The notes: a model not told the origin generated them from the letters alone. A stretch of DNA of 64,000 nucleotides from Candidatus Latescibacterota bacterium (GCA_965203355.1 OZ241889.1:1568001-1632000), one strand, 5' to 3'; shown: positions 29,401 through 38,728, counted from the stretch's first letter. Translations and numbers: made by a program.

Positions 29401-29591
29401 TGCTGTACGCCGACGGCTTTGGCAAGGACATGGATCTGCACTCGGCGCACTCACTAACGGTCGAGCCGCTGCCCTTTCACGACATGTCTGGCTACCCGTA
29501 CCCAGCGCACGAGCACTACCCGCAAACCGGCGCACATCTAGAGTATTTGCAGGAATACAACACGCGCTGGGTCAAGGGCTACTATGATTAG
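26421..29591 (+). CDS. Lipoprotein with TPR repeats, FG-GAP/VCBS repeats and ASPIC/UnbV (CRTAC1-like) domain
   Basis: Lipobox LGAAC, N-terminal TPRs, multiple DxDxDGxxD motifs, SNRDGVGAKV..LHFGL..WPGG, SCPILYAWDG C-domain. Confidence 0.85.
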   Translation: MSRISVKVRQALLPLVAALLGAACEQGPPAWPPKARWHNNQGVVYMDQHNYTRGREEFARALGLAPDYASARANLGIAYYALGKYDSAATALQTALALDPQLLHANYALGLIYNAQGRDHDKALAALQKVAAADRDDPHVRYYMGQMRAKLNESAAAIADFKEAIRLDPYNVSAYYGLANLYRRLGREEEWKSTLEQFNQLSQAGHQGVSSSYQGQGKYAEAVADAGGGDPSQDDVAGPFAFAATGSATGPVRFAALGDFDADGQPDVLAGGAGLHLYAGGTAKMLTAPTLPNDFGATGAIAGDLDNDGAADLLFSGAGGTLLYRAAHGGWNGGYLPAASTSVALGDADHDGDLDLLLLGPSVSLLVNDGEARFAATGQPTGSVAAARAAFSDLDNDRDVDVVLLSAEGLQVQTNNRDGTFSEIADALGLGAVQGAGLAVEDFNQDGYMDLAIAASGAVETHLNQAGRTFVQAAAAAAGGKALLPADFDNDGDLDLLAVGEERLQPLAYSGGQFQPQSPLDEPGGAVLVADFNGDGRVDIWAGGRVLHNQSEGGHWIEIAAQGLNSNRDGVGAKVEVKTTHRLQKREIRSEGYAGVLHFGLAQSDSVEFIRILWPGGVRQTELATGAGQRLELTELDRKGTSCPILYAWDGTRYRFVTDILGGAIIGYLTAPGQYYQPDTDEYVRLGPLAPKDGHYVLQLANQLEEIIYVDALELIAVDHPPEVDVYPNERLLSQPPYPEFKLYPLRNLRPPVAAKDHRGLDVLAALQEIDDEWYDGFGRLDIHGYAEDYALELNLGDLSEFAHPVLLGYGWVDYAHSTSNWSAAQRGLSLYPPRLSVADGEGGWVEVSADMGCPAGLPKHALFDLAGLFPSDDYRLRIETNTALYWDQLLVGDAADVPLTVHRRQPARSDLHWRGYPAHTSVKGTFAFRYHYDQLALEAPWGAHAGAFTRFGPVEALVADIDDRFVIMFHGDELTVEFATLPPPAAGLVRSFLLYADGFGKDMDLHSAHSLTVEPLPFHDMSGYPYPAHEHYPQTGAHLEYLQEYNTRWVKGYYD

Positions 29592-31803
29592 GGCGATCGA
29601 AGGAGCGAAACGCGCGATTCGCTTCTTGCTGCTCCATGTGAACAGAGCGCGGCTGGGCCAGGTGATAGAAAGAGTAAAAGGGGCGATTACGCCCTCATTG
29701 CTCAAGCGGCTGCTGCTCTACATCGCTTGCTTCCTCGTCTTGTACGCCGCTGTCGGCGTGAGTGGTTATCTGATCTTCAACGACAATTTGCCCGACATCG
29801 ACGCTTGGAGCTTCCGGCCCAAGCGGGTCACCAACGTGTATTCGGCCGATGGCCGCCACTTGCAGGACTTCCTCGAGGAAAACCGCGAAATCGTCACCCA
29901 TGAAGAAATCCCCGCGTCTATACAGGCCGCCCTCTTGGCGACCGAGGACCGGCGCTTCTTCTCGCATTGGGGCATGGATCTGTACCGCATCCCGGGCGCC
30001 CTGCTGGCCAACCTCAAGGACCGGAGCCTCGTCGGCCAAGGGGCCAGTACGCTCACTCAGCAACTGGCCCGCAATATCTTCGCCGAAGTCGGCACTCAGC
30101 GCAGTAGTGATTCCTTGGCCGATGCGGCGGCCACGTACGCCCGCAAGATCCGCGAACAGATCACCGCTGTTTTAATTGAGCGCTTGTACACCAAGCCCGA
30201 GATCCTGACTATGTACCTCAACACAGTCTATTTCGGCCACGGTGCCTACGGGATTAAGGCGGCGGCGCGTCTGTACTTTGACCGCGAAGTCGAGCAACTC
30301 GCGCTTGAAGAGAGTGCCTTGCTCGTCGGGTTGCTCCCCAGTCCTAATAGTCGGACCCCGCTGCGCCACCCCGAGCGCGCCCGCCAGTACCGCAATCAGG
30401 TGCTGGCCAGCATGGCCGACCATGGCGCGATCACGCCTGCCGAGCGCGATGCGCTGTCTAGCAAACCCATCGCCGCCCGCAGAGGTCGCCGCGAGGAGAC
30501 GTATGGCACGGCTCCGTACTTTGTCGAGCACGTCCGCCAGCAGATGCAGCGCGAGTTTGGCATGGCAATCTATCGCGAGGGCTTTGTGGTCCACACTACG
30601 CTCGACTCGCGCTTGCAGCAGATCGCCGAAAAGCACTTTGATACTGAAATAAGCAAGGTGCAGAAAAAGGTGGATCAGTACTTAAAAGACACCGGCGCGG
30701 CCCGGAGCAGGCGCGACTCGGCCGTAGTCCAAGCCGCCTTCGTGGCCATGGATCCGGCCACCGGCCACATCTTGGCCATGATTGGGGGCCGCGACTTCAG
30801 CCGCAGCAAATTCAACCGCGCCACCCAAGCCAAGCGGCAGCCTGGGTCTGCGTTTAAGCCCTTCGTGTACACGGCGGCCATCGACAACAATCGCTTTGCG
30901 GTGGATGTGCTCAACGACAACGCCTTTACGCTGTGGGACCACAAGCGCGAACAGTTTTGGGATCCCGAGAACTACGACCAGAAGTTCAAGGGGCCCATGA
31001 CGCTGCGCGAAGGGCTGAAACAGTCGCGCAACCTCATAGCCATTAAGTTAGCCGACGAGCTCGGCCCGCCGCTGATTCGGAGCTATGCCCGCAACATGGG
31101 CATATCCACGCCGATCCAAGCGATCCCTTCCATCGGCGTCGGCACCAGTGAGGTGCTACTCCTCGATTTGGTGGCGGCCTACGCGGTCTTCCCCAATAAG
31201 GGGATCTACGTCGCGCCGATGGCTATCAGCCGTTTGGAGCGCAAGGATGGCGATGTCTTTTTTGCGCGGGCAAGCGGCCATAAGCAGGAGGTGTTGCGGC
31301 CGGCCGTGGCCGTGGTTGTCACGGATATGATGCGCTCGGTCGTCGATGAAGTCGGCGGTACCGGACGCAGTATCCGCTCGAGGTACGATTTCCGCTCCCA
31401 AGCGGCCGGTAAAACCGGCACGACCAACGACTACACGGATGCGTGGTTCATCGGCTTTACGCCCCATATTGTAGCCGGGGTCTGGGTTGGGATAGACGAC
31501 CCTAGCCTGCGCCTCTGGCCGAGGCAGACCGGCTCGGCGGCGGCTCTGCCTTTGTGGGCGAAGTTCATGAAGGAGGTGTATGCGAATGTGGAGCCTTATC
31601 GCGGCCTGAGAAACCACGGGTTTGAGTACCCGGAAAACCTCGTCGTGCGCCGCGCAGTCTGCAAAGATACGCACAAAATCGCCACTCGCTTTTGTCCCGA
31701 TCCGCGCGTGGAGCTCTTCATCGCTGGCGAGGTCCTGCCGCGCACATGCCCTCTACATGGGCGGTCCCCAGAGCAGCCCCCAAGGCGCATCCAGCGGTTT
31801 TGA
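29584..31803 (+). CDS. Class A penicillin-binding protein (PBP1A family)
   Basis: Transglycosylase motifs EDRRF, GASTLTQQ, RKIRE; transpeptidase motifs SAFK, SRN, KTGT. Confidence 0.93.
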   Translation: MIRAIEGAKRAIRFLLLHVNRARLGQVIERVKGAITPSLLKRLLLYIACFLVLYAAVGVSGYLIFNDNLPDIDAWSFRPKRVTNVYSADGRHLQDFLEENREIVTHEEIPASIQAALLATEDRRFFSHWGMDLYRIPGALLANLKDRSLVGQGASTLTQQLARNIFAEVGTQRSSDSLADAAATYARKIREQITAVLIERLYTKPEILTMYLNTVYFGHGAYGIKAAARLYFDREVEQLALEESALLVGLLPSPNSRTPLRHPERARQYRNQVLASMADHGAITPAERDALSSKPIAARRGRREETYGTAPYFVEHVRQQMQREFGMAIYREGFVVHTTLDSRLQQIAEKHFDTEISKVQKKVDQYLKDTGAARSRRDSAVVQAAFVAMDPATGHILAMIGGRDFSRSKFNRATQAKRQPGSAFKPFVYTAAIDNNRFAVDVLNDNAFTLWDHKREQFWDPENYDQKFKGPMTLREGLKQSRNLIAIKLADELGPPLIRSYARNMGISTPIQAIPSIGVGTSEVLLLDLVAAYAVFPNKGIYVAPMAISRLERKDGDVFFARASGHKQEVLRPAVAVVVTDMMRSVVDEVGGTGRSIRSRYDFRSQAAGKTGTTNDYTDAWFIGFTPHIVAGVWVGIDDPSLRLWPRQTGSAAALPLWAKFMKEVYANVEPYRGLRNHGFEYPENLVVRRAVCKDTHKIATRFCPDPRVELFIAGEVLPRTCPLHGRSPEQPPRRIQRF

Positions 31804-31806
31804 AGA

Positions 31807-33564
31807 TTACAAAACGAAAAAGATGTAGAACAGCCCGCCGAGAATGCTGGCTGATAGGCCGTGTGCGATCGCCTTATTTTCTCGCTTGAGTACCGTTTGT
31901 TCGACCATGGTGCTCCCGCCTAAAACCCCGCTCAACCCCTTAGACACCCGGTCCGAGCTATAGGCTTGGACGCGGCGATCCCAGCGCACAATGCGATCGG
32001 CGGCTGTTTCTATTCTGAGAAAGAGGTCGCCATACGCCTCGCGCTGTTGTTCCTTGCCCCCGAAATATAACCGCCAAGGTGCTGGCGAGTACAACACGCG
32101 CGCCCTGACCAGCCGATAGTATATCACGTCGGCTGGCGCGTCTTCCGGCTGGCGCACCAGCACTTGATAGCCTCGCTGCCGCAAGGTCTCGATTAGGGCG
32201 TCCTCGACGACCCAATTAGCCTCGTTCTTGTCGTCTTCGGCCTGGAGGAAAAGCCGCGCCCCTAGCGGTAGGGGTAGGGCGTCCATTTGGTGGTCTAAGG
32301 CGCGGACAAAGGCCTGATTGATCAACTGCAAGTCCGTAGGCGTTTGCCGGGCGCTGCCTCTGGTTTGGGCTGTTCCGCGCCACACCACGCGCACCGTGTT
32401 CGCGCCGCGCAGGGGAATGAAGTGATCCCGCCCTGCGGGCTTACAGGCACTTTGCCAAGTAAAAGGCCCTGGACGCTGCGGCACCGCCTCGAGCGTTACT
32501 TGGATCGCCGCGCCCGCGCTCAAGCTATCCAAGCCGCTCACCAGTAGGCTCGGTGCGGCTTCCTCGTCGCTGTGGACGAGGGCCGCGCCCGGCGGCCCTT
32601 CCACCAAGGATACATCCGAGAATGCCGGCGCAACTTGCAGGCGCAGGGCGGCCAAGGCGATGGGGTCGGTGCTTTCGTTGCGCCAGGTACAAGTGATTGG
32701 CCCGCGCTTGCCCACCTCCATAAACCCAGCTTCCACCGCCATCACAGGCAGTGGGTCCACCTGCAAGTGCTGGGTCGCCAAATCCACTGGGGTCTGGCCG
32801 GATACTTGGGCCGCGACCGCCAAGGGTAGGGGGCCGAGGTGGGTCGGAGCCACGCGCACCGGCCAAGATAGGGTGTCGGCCTGCCCGGGGGCTAAGCGGC
32901 CCGCCCAGCGCTGCGGCGCGTCGCCCGCTGGCCAGCTCAGTTCCGCTGGCCAAGCCCAGGTCAACTCTTCTAAGCGGCCCCCGGCCGCAGCGTCGAAGCG
33001 CACAATCGCCCGTAAGTCAAAGAGCTCGCCCTGATAGACGCGCGGCGGCTCAATGGACCACGAAATGGCTGGCGGAGGACGCACCGCTAAGTCGAATTCG
33101 ATCTGGTGGGCCGGGGTGCCTTGGGGGTCGAGCGAGGAGTGAATTGCCGCGGACCAGCCGATGGTGCCCAACTCAGCGGCCACTAGGTCGATATAGAGGG
33201 TGTCGATGTGTTCTCCGGCCAAGGGCCGCGCGGCATAGTCTATGGCTATGGACGCGGCCTCTAGCTGAGCCTTGCCCAGGGCCGAGCGGACGCTTTGCAA
33301 CTGGGCGTTGCCGAGGCACCGTAGGGCCGCGCTGACTATGGCTTCGCCATCGCCGGGGAAATAGTGCAAATAGAGGATAGGCTGCTGAGCCAACGCCGGC
33401 CCGGCCATCGCCGGTTGGTCTAGGCGCGCACTGAGCGTCGAGCGGGCACTCGCCGGCACCGCGGCCGCCCACAACGCGAGGATTACCCCGAGCCCGCGCC
33501 CATAACGGCCCACGCCCTTTCCGCCTGGAAGGGGATGCCTTCCTACTGCATTTTGGGTTGCCAT
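31807..33564 (-). CDS. Exported hypothetical protein with beta-sandwich-like domains and a C-terminal hydrophobic tail
   Basis: 585-aa ORF with a signal-like segment and C-terminal GGLFYIFFVL; start uncertain. Confidence 0.6.
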   Translation of the reverse strand: MATQNAVGRHPLPGGKGVGRYGRGLGVILALWAAAVPASARSTLSARLDQPAMAGPALAQQPILYLHYFPGDGEAIVSAALRCLGNAQLQSVRSALGKAQLEAASIAIDYAARPLAGEHIDTLYIDLVAAELGTIGWSAAIHSSLDPQGTPAHQIEFDLAVRPPPAISWSIEPPRVYQGELFDLRAIVRFDAAAGGRLEELTWAWPAELSWPAGDAPQRWAGRLAPGQADTLSWPVRVAPTHLGPLPLAVAAQVSGQTPVDLATQHLQVDPLPVMAVEAGFMEVGKRGPITCTWRNESTDPIALAALRLQVAPAFSDVSLVEGPPGAALVHSDEEAAPSLLVSGLDSLSAGAAIQVTLEAVPQRPGPFTWQSACKPAGRDHFIPLRGANTVRVVWRGTAQTRGSARQTPTDLQLINQAFVRALDHQMDALPLPLGARLFLQAEDDKNEANWVVEDALIETLRQRGYQVLVRQPEDAPADVIYYRLVRARVLYSPAPWRLYFGGKEQQREAYGDLFLRIETAADRIVRWDRRVQAYSSDRVSKGLSGVLGGSTMVEQTVLKRENKAIAHGLSASILGGLFYIFFVL

Positions 33565-33922
33565 TCGGTTCGCCCTTCGTCGCTATTGCCGCGTATTGGC
33601 CCCTTGAACAAAAAAAGCCTAACTCACTTTTTAACTGTAACTTACGTCTAATTCAAGCCTAACGTACTACCGGGGGGCTGTCAAGGCAGTTTAGCCCCTA
33701 GCTGCATCCTTAGAAAGGCTTGACTGAACCTGTGTGCGCCGCTAGGTTGTACAACCCAGCACGCGGCATGTTAGACGCGCTGGGTTTGGCTGGAAATTCG
33801 TCTGTTTCGCGTTGGGTGTGTCCACTTTTTTCAAGGCTATACGGCCCTTTGTTCGCTGTCGTGCATCGTACCAGACGAGCAGGTTGGCATGCGGTGCGGC
33901 ATAAAAAGCCGCGCTCCTCTTC

Positions 33923-34558
33923 ATGCTAGACTGGCTATTACCCGCATTGGGCGCGTTGGGTGTGCTCGGCCTCGGTGCATTGTGCGCCCCTATGACTTTT
34001 GCCTTGCGCTGTCGGCGCGAGGTGCGGCCGGACTTTTGGGAATGGGGAGTGCGGCTGTCTTTTTTCTGGGGGGGGCTTGGGCTTGGGCTGCGCTGGGGCC
34101 CCAAGGGGCCGCGCATTGCACCCGTGCTCTTGGGCCAATGGCTCCCCTACCTGCCGTTGCGAACCCCGGCAAAGCACAGGCTAAGAGCACGGCGCCGAGC
34201 CAAGCGAGCGGCTGAGCCTAAAGCCAGTGAGCGGAATCTGCGTCGGCTTGTGCGGCTGTTGCTCGAGCCGAGCCTTAGGCTATTGGCGAGCCTACCGCGC
34301 ACTGTTCGGCTCAAAAAGCTGCGGATCCAAGGTCGTTTAGGATTTGCCGATCCGGCGCAAACCGGGCGGGTCTATGGCTATGTACAGGCGGTTGCCGCGC
34401 ACAAGGGAAAGGTACAGATAAACGTCAGCCCGGATTTTGTGCGGGCGGGGGCCTTTGGCCGCTTGGACTTGGTCGCTCATTTGCATTTGGGCTTGTTGAT
34501 TTTGCTCTTAGGGCGCTTTGGCTCACAGGTGGCATACCGCTTGTTGGCCGTGCGCTAG
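33923..34558 (+). CDS. DUF2953 (YtfI-like) protein
   Basis: Motif GFADPAQTGRVYG...VSPDF; lies upstream of a ytfJ-like gene. Confidence 0.75.
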   Translation: MLDWLLPALGALGVLGLGALCAPMTFALRCRREVRPDFWEWGVRLSFFWGGLGLGLRWGPKGPRIAPVLLGQWLPYLPLRTPAKHRLRARRRAKRAAEPKASERNLRRLVRLLLEPSLRLLASLPRTVRLKKLRIQGRLGFADPAQTGRVYGYVQAVAAHKGKVQINVSPDFVRAGAFGRLDLVAHLHLGLLILLLGRFGSQVAYRLLAVR

Positions 34559-34645
34559 TGGTTAGTGGTCAGCCCACTCGACCCGGCCCATAAGGTGCGG
34601 GGTAAAATGGGAACGGGTCACCGGCCACCGGCCACCGGCCACTAA
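34555..34645. repeat. Heptamer-armed palindromic element, copy 2
   Basis: ctagtgg ttagtgg tcag ... tcaccgg ccaccgg ccaccgg ccactaa. Confidence 0.7.
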
Positions 34646-34664
34646 TTAAGTCGAGGAGTCTTTC

Positions 34665-35039
34665 ATGGCATCGTCCGTAGAATCCCTAGTCGAGCGCGTC
34701 TTGGGCGAGTTGCACCGCATCGTGCAAACCGAAACCGTCATCGGGCAGCCGTTTCAGTCCGGCGACTTGACTATTATTCCGGTATCGAAAATATCGTTTG
34801 GCTTTGGAGCCGGTGGGGGGCTGGAGGGCAAGGGACAGAGCGGGACGGGCGGTGGCGCGAACATCGAACCCATTGCCTTCCTCATCATCGATGCCGACGG
34901 CCGGGTACAGGTGGTGTCCATCGGCGATCAGGAGGCCGGTTGGAGTCAGATCCTCGCGCTAGTACCCGAAGCCATCGGCAAAATCAAGAGGTTCGTCAGC
35001 AAGAACAAAGAAAAAGACGCCGAGGCCGAGGCCGACTGA
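34665..35039 (+). CDS. GerW/YtfJ-family protein
   Basis: Motif ETVIGQP..TIIPVSKISFGFGAGGG..GGGANIEPIAFL; GAGGAG RBS. Confidence 0.9.
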   Translation: MASSVESLVERVLGELHRIVQTETVIGQPFQSGDLTIIPVSKISFGFGAGGGLEGKGQSGTGGGANIEPIAFLIIDADGRVQVVSIGDQEAGWSQILALVPEAIGKIKRFVSKNKEKDAEAEAD

Positions 35040-35073
35040 GGTGAGCGGCCAACGATCAGTCTCCAGTCCCAAT

Positions 35074-35163
35074 CCCCTCGTCTCTATGTGCAGAGATTGA
35101 CCATACCCTATGGTGATCCACGATCGCCGTATAAATCCTCGGCTCTATGTGCAAGGACTGACC
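35074..35163 (+). CRISPR. Possible degenerate single-spacer CRISPR relic (29-bp repeats, 32-bp spacer)
   Basis: cccctcgtctctatgtgcagagattgacc and atcctcggctctatgtgcaaggactgacc match at 23/29, with a 61-bp period. No cas genes in the window. Confidence 0.35.
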
Positions 35164-35172
35164 CTTGGCCAA

Positions 35173-35251
35173 TCAGTGGCCGGTGGCCAGTCTCCGCACC
35201 ACAACACCCTACGAGCGGATGGGACTGGCCACTGACCACTGACCACCAACC
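35173..35251. repeat. Heptamer-armed palindromic element, copy 3
   Basis: tcagtgg ccggtgg ccagtc ... gactgg ccactga ccactga ccaccaa. Confidence 0.75.
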
Positions 35252-35254
35252 TTC

Positions 35255-35776
35255 TCAGTGGTGATCTTGGCTGGTGGGGAACACCTTGAAGCGCCCGTCT
35301 AGCAACAGGTGGGTGTACCAGCCGACAATGCCGGCCACAAAGAACACCACGTGCCCTTCGAGCAGGGCGTGTACGTTGTCCCAGCTAAATTCTCCGAGAA
35401 AAGCCTGCCGCGCCCGCCAGTATTCGTAGCTAGTGCCCAACACCCCTACAGTGAGGAACGGGCTGATCTTCCAGTGCGTCCAGCCCCGGTGGTGATCCAA
35501 AAGCGGTAGGACGCACAAGAGGCCCACGACCGTCGCTAATTCGTATTGCTCGGTCCAGCCCAGATAGAGCAAGACGCAGAAGACGCCGCGGAAAAACCAC
35601 CGCTGCGCCACCGAAGCTGTGTCTAGATCGGGAAAGAGAGAAAAAAATAGCGCAGTGCCGACGATAGCGGCTTGGGTCGCTAGGTCGTCGGGCGCGACAG
35701 AGCCGAAGGAAACCGCGCCTATCGCTACTCCGGTCCCGGCGACGACCCCGCCCAAGACATGGCCTTTGAAGTTCAC
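35255..35776 (-). CDS. Membrane-bound metal-dependent hydrolase (YdjM-like)
   Basis: Motifs FKGH, SLFPDLD, HRGWTH, HLLLD. Confidence 0.85.
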   Translation of the reverse strand: MNFKGHVLGGVVAGTGVAIGAVSFGSVAPDDLATQAAIVGTALFFSLFPDLDTASVAQRWFFRGVFCVLLYLGWTEQYELATVVGLLCVLPLLDHHRGWTHWKISPFLTVGVLGTSYEYWRARQAFLGEFSWDNVHALLEGHVVFFVAGIVGWYTHLLLDGRFKVFPTSQDHH

Positions 35777-35786
35777 GATCGCCCGC

Positions 35787-36833
35787 TCATTTTTTGGGCT
35801 GGTAGTAGAGTTGGCCGCAGGCCGCGTCAATGTCCCGCCCGCGGCTGTGGCGGACGGTGAACTCGACGCCGCAGCCGCTGAGCACTTGGTAGAACTGCGC
35901 TAGGCGCTGCCGGGTTGGCCGGCGGAAGCGACGGTCTGTTGTCTCGTTGTAGGGTATGAGGTTGATCTTGCAGGGAATGTCGCGGGTCAGTTCGGCCAGC
36001 CGCTGTGCGTCGGCGTCCGCATCGGTCAACCCGGCCATGAGCACGTACTCAAAGGTGACGCCATAGCCGCGCCCGGCAAAAAATTCGCGGGCGACCGCCA
36101 AGAGGTCGTCGATCTTGTACTTGCGGTTGATGGGCATGAGCTGTTCGCGCATTGCGTCGGTCGTGGCGTTGAGCGAAATGGCCAACCCCACGTTGAGATC
36201 TTCGGCCATGAGCCGGCGGATACCCGGAATGTAACCCGCCGTAGATACCGTGATTTTCCGCCCCCCCAACCCAAGACCTTCCTTTAAGCGCATCAGCTTT
36301 AGCGCGCGCGCCACCGCCGAGTAGTTGAGCAGCGGCTCGCCCATGCCCATCATCACCACATTGGTCACCCGCTCGCCCCGCTCGCGGGCGAACTGGTTGA
36401 CCTGCAAGAGCTGATCGACGATCTGCCCGGCTTCGAGGTTGGCGATCAGCCCCATCTGTCCGGTGGCGCAGAATTTGCAGTCGAGCGGACAGCCCACTTG
36501 CGACGACAGACAGGCCGTGCGCCGAGTGCCATCGGCGATCAGCACGGACTCGATCCGCTGCCCAGAAGGCAGCTCAAAGAGAAATTTGACCGCTTCGCCC
36601 GTGGTTGATTCTCGACGCTGGACGAGGTGCAGACAAGTAATGCGCGTGCGCTCGGCGAGCTTTTGCCGCAAAATTTTGGAGAGATTGGTCATCTCCCGGA
36701 CATCGCGCACCCCCTGGGCGTAGAGCCAAGCAAAAATTTGACGGGTGCGGTACGCGGGTTCGTCGAGCTCGGCGACGAGCTGATCGAGCTCGACGGGCAG
36801 CATGGCTTTTAGGTCGTAGCGCGGACTAACCAC
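35787..36833 (-). CDS. rlmN: 23S rRNA A2503 / tRNA A37 C2-methyltransferase
   Basis: Motifs CLSSQVGCPLDCKFCATG, MGMGEPLLN, NLIPYN, RGRDIDAACGQL. Confidence 0.96.
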   Translation of the reverse strand: MVSPRYDLKAMLPVELDQLVAELDEPAYRTRQIFAWLYAQGVRDVREMTNLSKILRQKLAERTRITCLHLVQRRESTTGEAVKFLFELPSGQRIESVLIADGTRRTACLSSQVGCPLDCKFCATGQMGLIANLEAGQIVDQLLQVNQFARERGERVTNVVMMGMGEPLLNYSAVARALKLMRLKEGLGLGGRKITVSTAGYIPGIRRLMAEDLNVGLAISLNATTDAMREQLMPINRKYKIDDLLAVAREFFAGRGYGVTFEYVLMAGLTDADADAQRLAELTRDIPCKINLIPYNETTDRRFRRPTRQRLAQFYQVLSGCGVEFTVRHSRGRDIDAACGQLYYQPKK

Positions 36834-36952
36834 CTTAAAAGTCCTTGACGATTAAATGGCAAAGTATATATGTTAAAAGTTTGTCGGTATTGGTCAACGG
36901 TTCCCCAACCGTTGTCAGCCCCTAGTTTCTACCCACATACAAATTTTAGCAT

Positions 36953-38278
36953 ATGCGATTCGGATCTGCCATCAGGCTCTGGGGCATCCTATTGAGTATT
37001 TTTGCGCTTATGGCACTGCGCTTGGGGATGCACTCTCAGTCCTCGGCTGCCACAGCCACCCACCCCGAGGAGGAAACGCCCTTTGTGGCCTTTGTTTCGG
37101 CCGCGGCGGCAACCCCCTTTGTCGGCCCCCCAATTCCGCCCCCGCCCGACGGTCCCACGCGAAAAATTGCCGCCGAACTGCGTCCCGGGGATTCCATTGA
37201 CCGCTTGCTCAAGCAGCACGCGGTCCCGAGCAGCCAGTTGGAACGGCTGTACAAAGCACTGTACGCGGTTTTCGATCCCGCACACGTCAAGGCGGGCGAC
37301 TACTGCGAGGTCGCACTGGACACCAGCAACGCCATTCGCCGCTTCTGCTACACGCCTCACCGCACCCCAGATCGCCCGGTTGAGGTGAGATTGCACGACG
37401 GTCGGTTTGTCGCTCGCCAGTTGCAGCTACCGCTGGAGCGACGGGTCGAGCGGCTCGAGGTGCGGATTGAGAACAACCTCTCCAACGCCATCAGGGCCGC
37501 CGGGGAGGGCAGCGCGCTCAGCGACGTGATCGCCGACGACATATTTGGTGCCGTCATCGACTTCCAGCGGGACCCGCGGCGCGGCGATCGGCTAGGGGTG
37601 GTCTTTGAAAAGCTCTACATCGACGAGGACTTCGTCCGCTACGGCGATGTACTGTTGGCGCGCTACGAAGGCGAACGAGTGACCGAGTTGGCGGTCCGCT
37701 ATGCTGCCACCGAGGGGGAGGACGCCTATTACAACGCCAGCGGTCGCTCCCTTGGCCGGATGTTCGTACTCAAGCCCCTCGGCGTCAATCGCATCACCTC
37801 TCGCTTCAACCGCCAACGCTTTCATCCCATTCTCAAAAAGCAGCGTCCCCACCTAGGTACGGACTACGGTGCGCCGACCGGCACTTGGGTGTGGACGACC
37901 GCCGTCGGACAGGTCGCGTTCGCTGGCTGGAAAGGCGGTTACGGCAAATTGGTCGAAATCGTCCATGCCAATGGCTATCGCACCCGCTACGCGCACCTGA
38001 GCAAGATATTGGTTCGCGAGGGGCAGCACGTAGAGCAAAAAGAGATCATCGGCAAGGTCGGTTCCACCGGACTCTCGACCGCCTCCCACCTGCACTACGA
38101 AATCATCAAGAACGGCCACCACATCAATCCCGAACTCATCAACAGAGACCACGCCGCCCCAATCCTAGCGGACGATTTGTTGCCCGACTTTGTCCGCCAG
38201 CGCGACGCGCTCTTGCACGTCCTCGATCTTGGCCCGCGCCCTTGGCGTTATGCCTCGACCCCGACATCCGCGCCCTAG
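36953..38278 (+). CDS. M23 family peptidoglycan endopeptidase (MepM-like)
   Basis: Motifs RFHPI, HLGTD, YAHLS, HLHYE; N-terminal TM helix. Confidence 0.9.
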   Translation: MRFGSAIRLWGILLSIFALMALRLGMHSQSSAATATHPEEETPFVAFVSAAAATPFVGPPIPPPPDGPTRKIAAELRPGDSIDRLLKQHAVPSSQLERLYKALYAVFDPAHVKAGDYCEVALDTSNAIRRFCYTPHRTPDRPVEVRLHDGRFVARQLQLPLERRVERLEVRIENNLSNAIRAAGEGSALSDVIADDIFGAVIDFQRDPRRGDRLGVVFEKLYIDEDFVRYGDVLLARYEGERVTELAVRYAATEGEDAYYNASGRSLGRMFVLKPLGVNRITSRFNRQRFHPILKKQRPHLGTDYGAPTGTWVWTTAVGQVAFAGWKGGYGKLVEIVHANGYRTRYAHLSKILVREGQHVEQKEIIGKVGSTGLSTASHLHYEIIKNGHHINPELINRDHAAPILADDLLPDFVRQRDALLHVLDLGPRPWRYASTPTSAP

Positions 38279-38305
38279 TTTTATTGGCCTTATCGACCTT
38301 TTTCG

Positions 38306-38713
38306 ATGGAAACAAAAACGCTGCAAGAAATCGAAAATCTGGCCGAGCGCGACGGGCGCTATAAGAGCGAGGCGTACTTTTTTGTGTACGATGCGCTAGG
38401 ATACACAGTGCAAGAGCTCGGCAAGAACACGGGGACCTTGAGCGAAGAGAAGCGACACATCTCCGGGCGGGATCTGCTCTTTGGCATCAGCGAGTACAGC
38501 GTCGATCAATTTGGGCCGCTCACGCGCTCGGTCTTTGCCCACTGGGGCATTGAGCAAACGCGCGATTTTGGCGAGATTGTCTTCAACTTGGTCCATGCGA
38601 ATTTGCTGAGCAAGACAGCCGAGGATCGGATTGAAGATTTCATCGATGTGTACGATTTTGCCGAGGAGTTCGACTGGAAGAAGCGCAAGGCCGATCTCAA
38701 GCGCCTGCCTTGA
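38306..38713 (+). CDS. Minf_1886-like conserved hypothetical protein
   Basis: Motifs RYKSEAYFFV, RHISGRDL, WGIEQTRDFGEIVFNLV, EDRIEDF. Confidence 0.75.
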   Translation: METKTLQEIENLAERDGRYKSEAYFFVYDALGYTVQELGKNTGTLSEEKRHISGRDLLFGISEYSVDQFGPLTRSVFAHWGIEQTRDFGEIVFNLVHANLLSKTAEDRIEDFIDVYDFAEEFDWKKRKADLKRLP

Positions 38714-38728
38714 GCGCGGGACGCGAAG

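Noticed and set aside
33565-33922. ncRNA or decayed MITE in the long divergent intergenic region (hairpin aacccagc..gctgggtt at ~33753-33786)
   Set aside because: There is only one hairpin and weak terminal similarity, and no second copy in the window; insufficient support.
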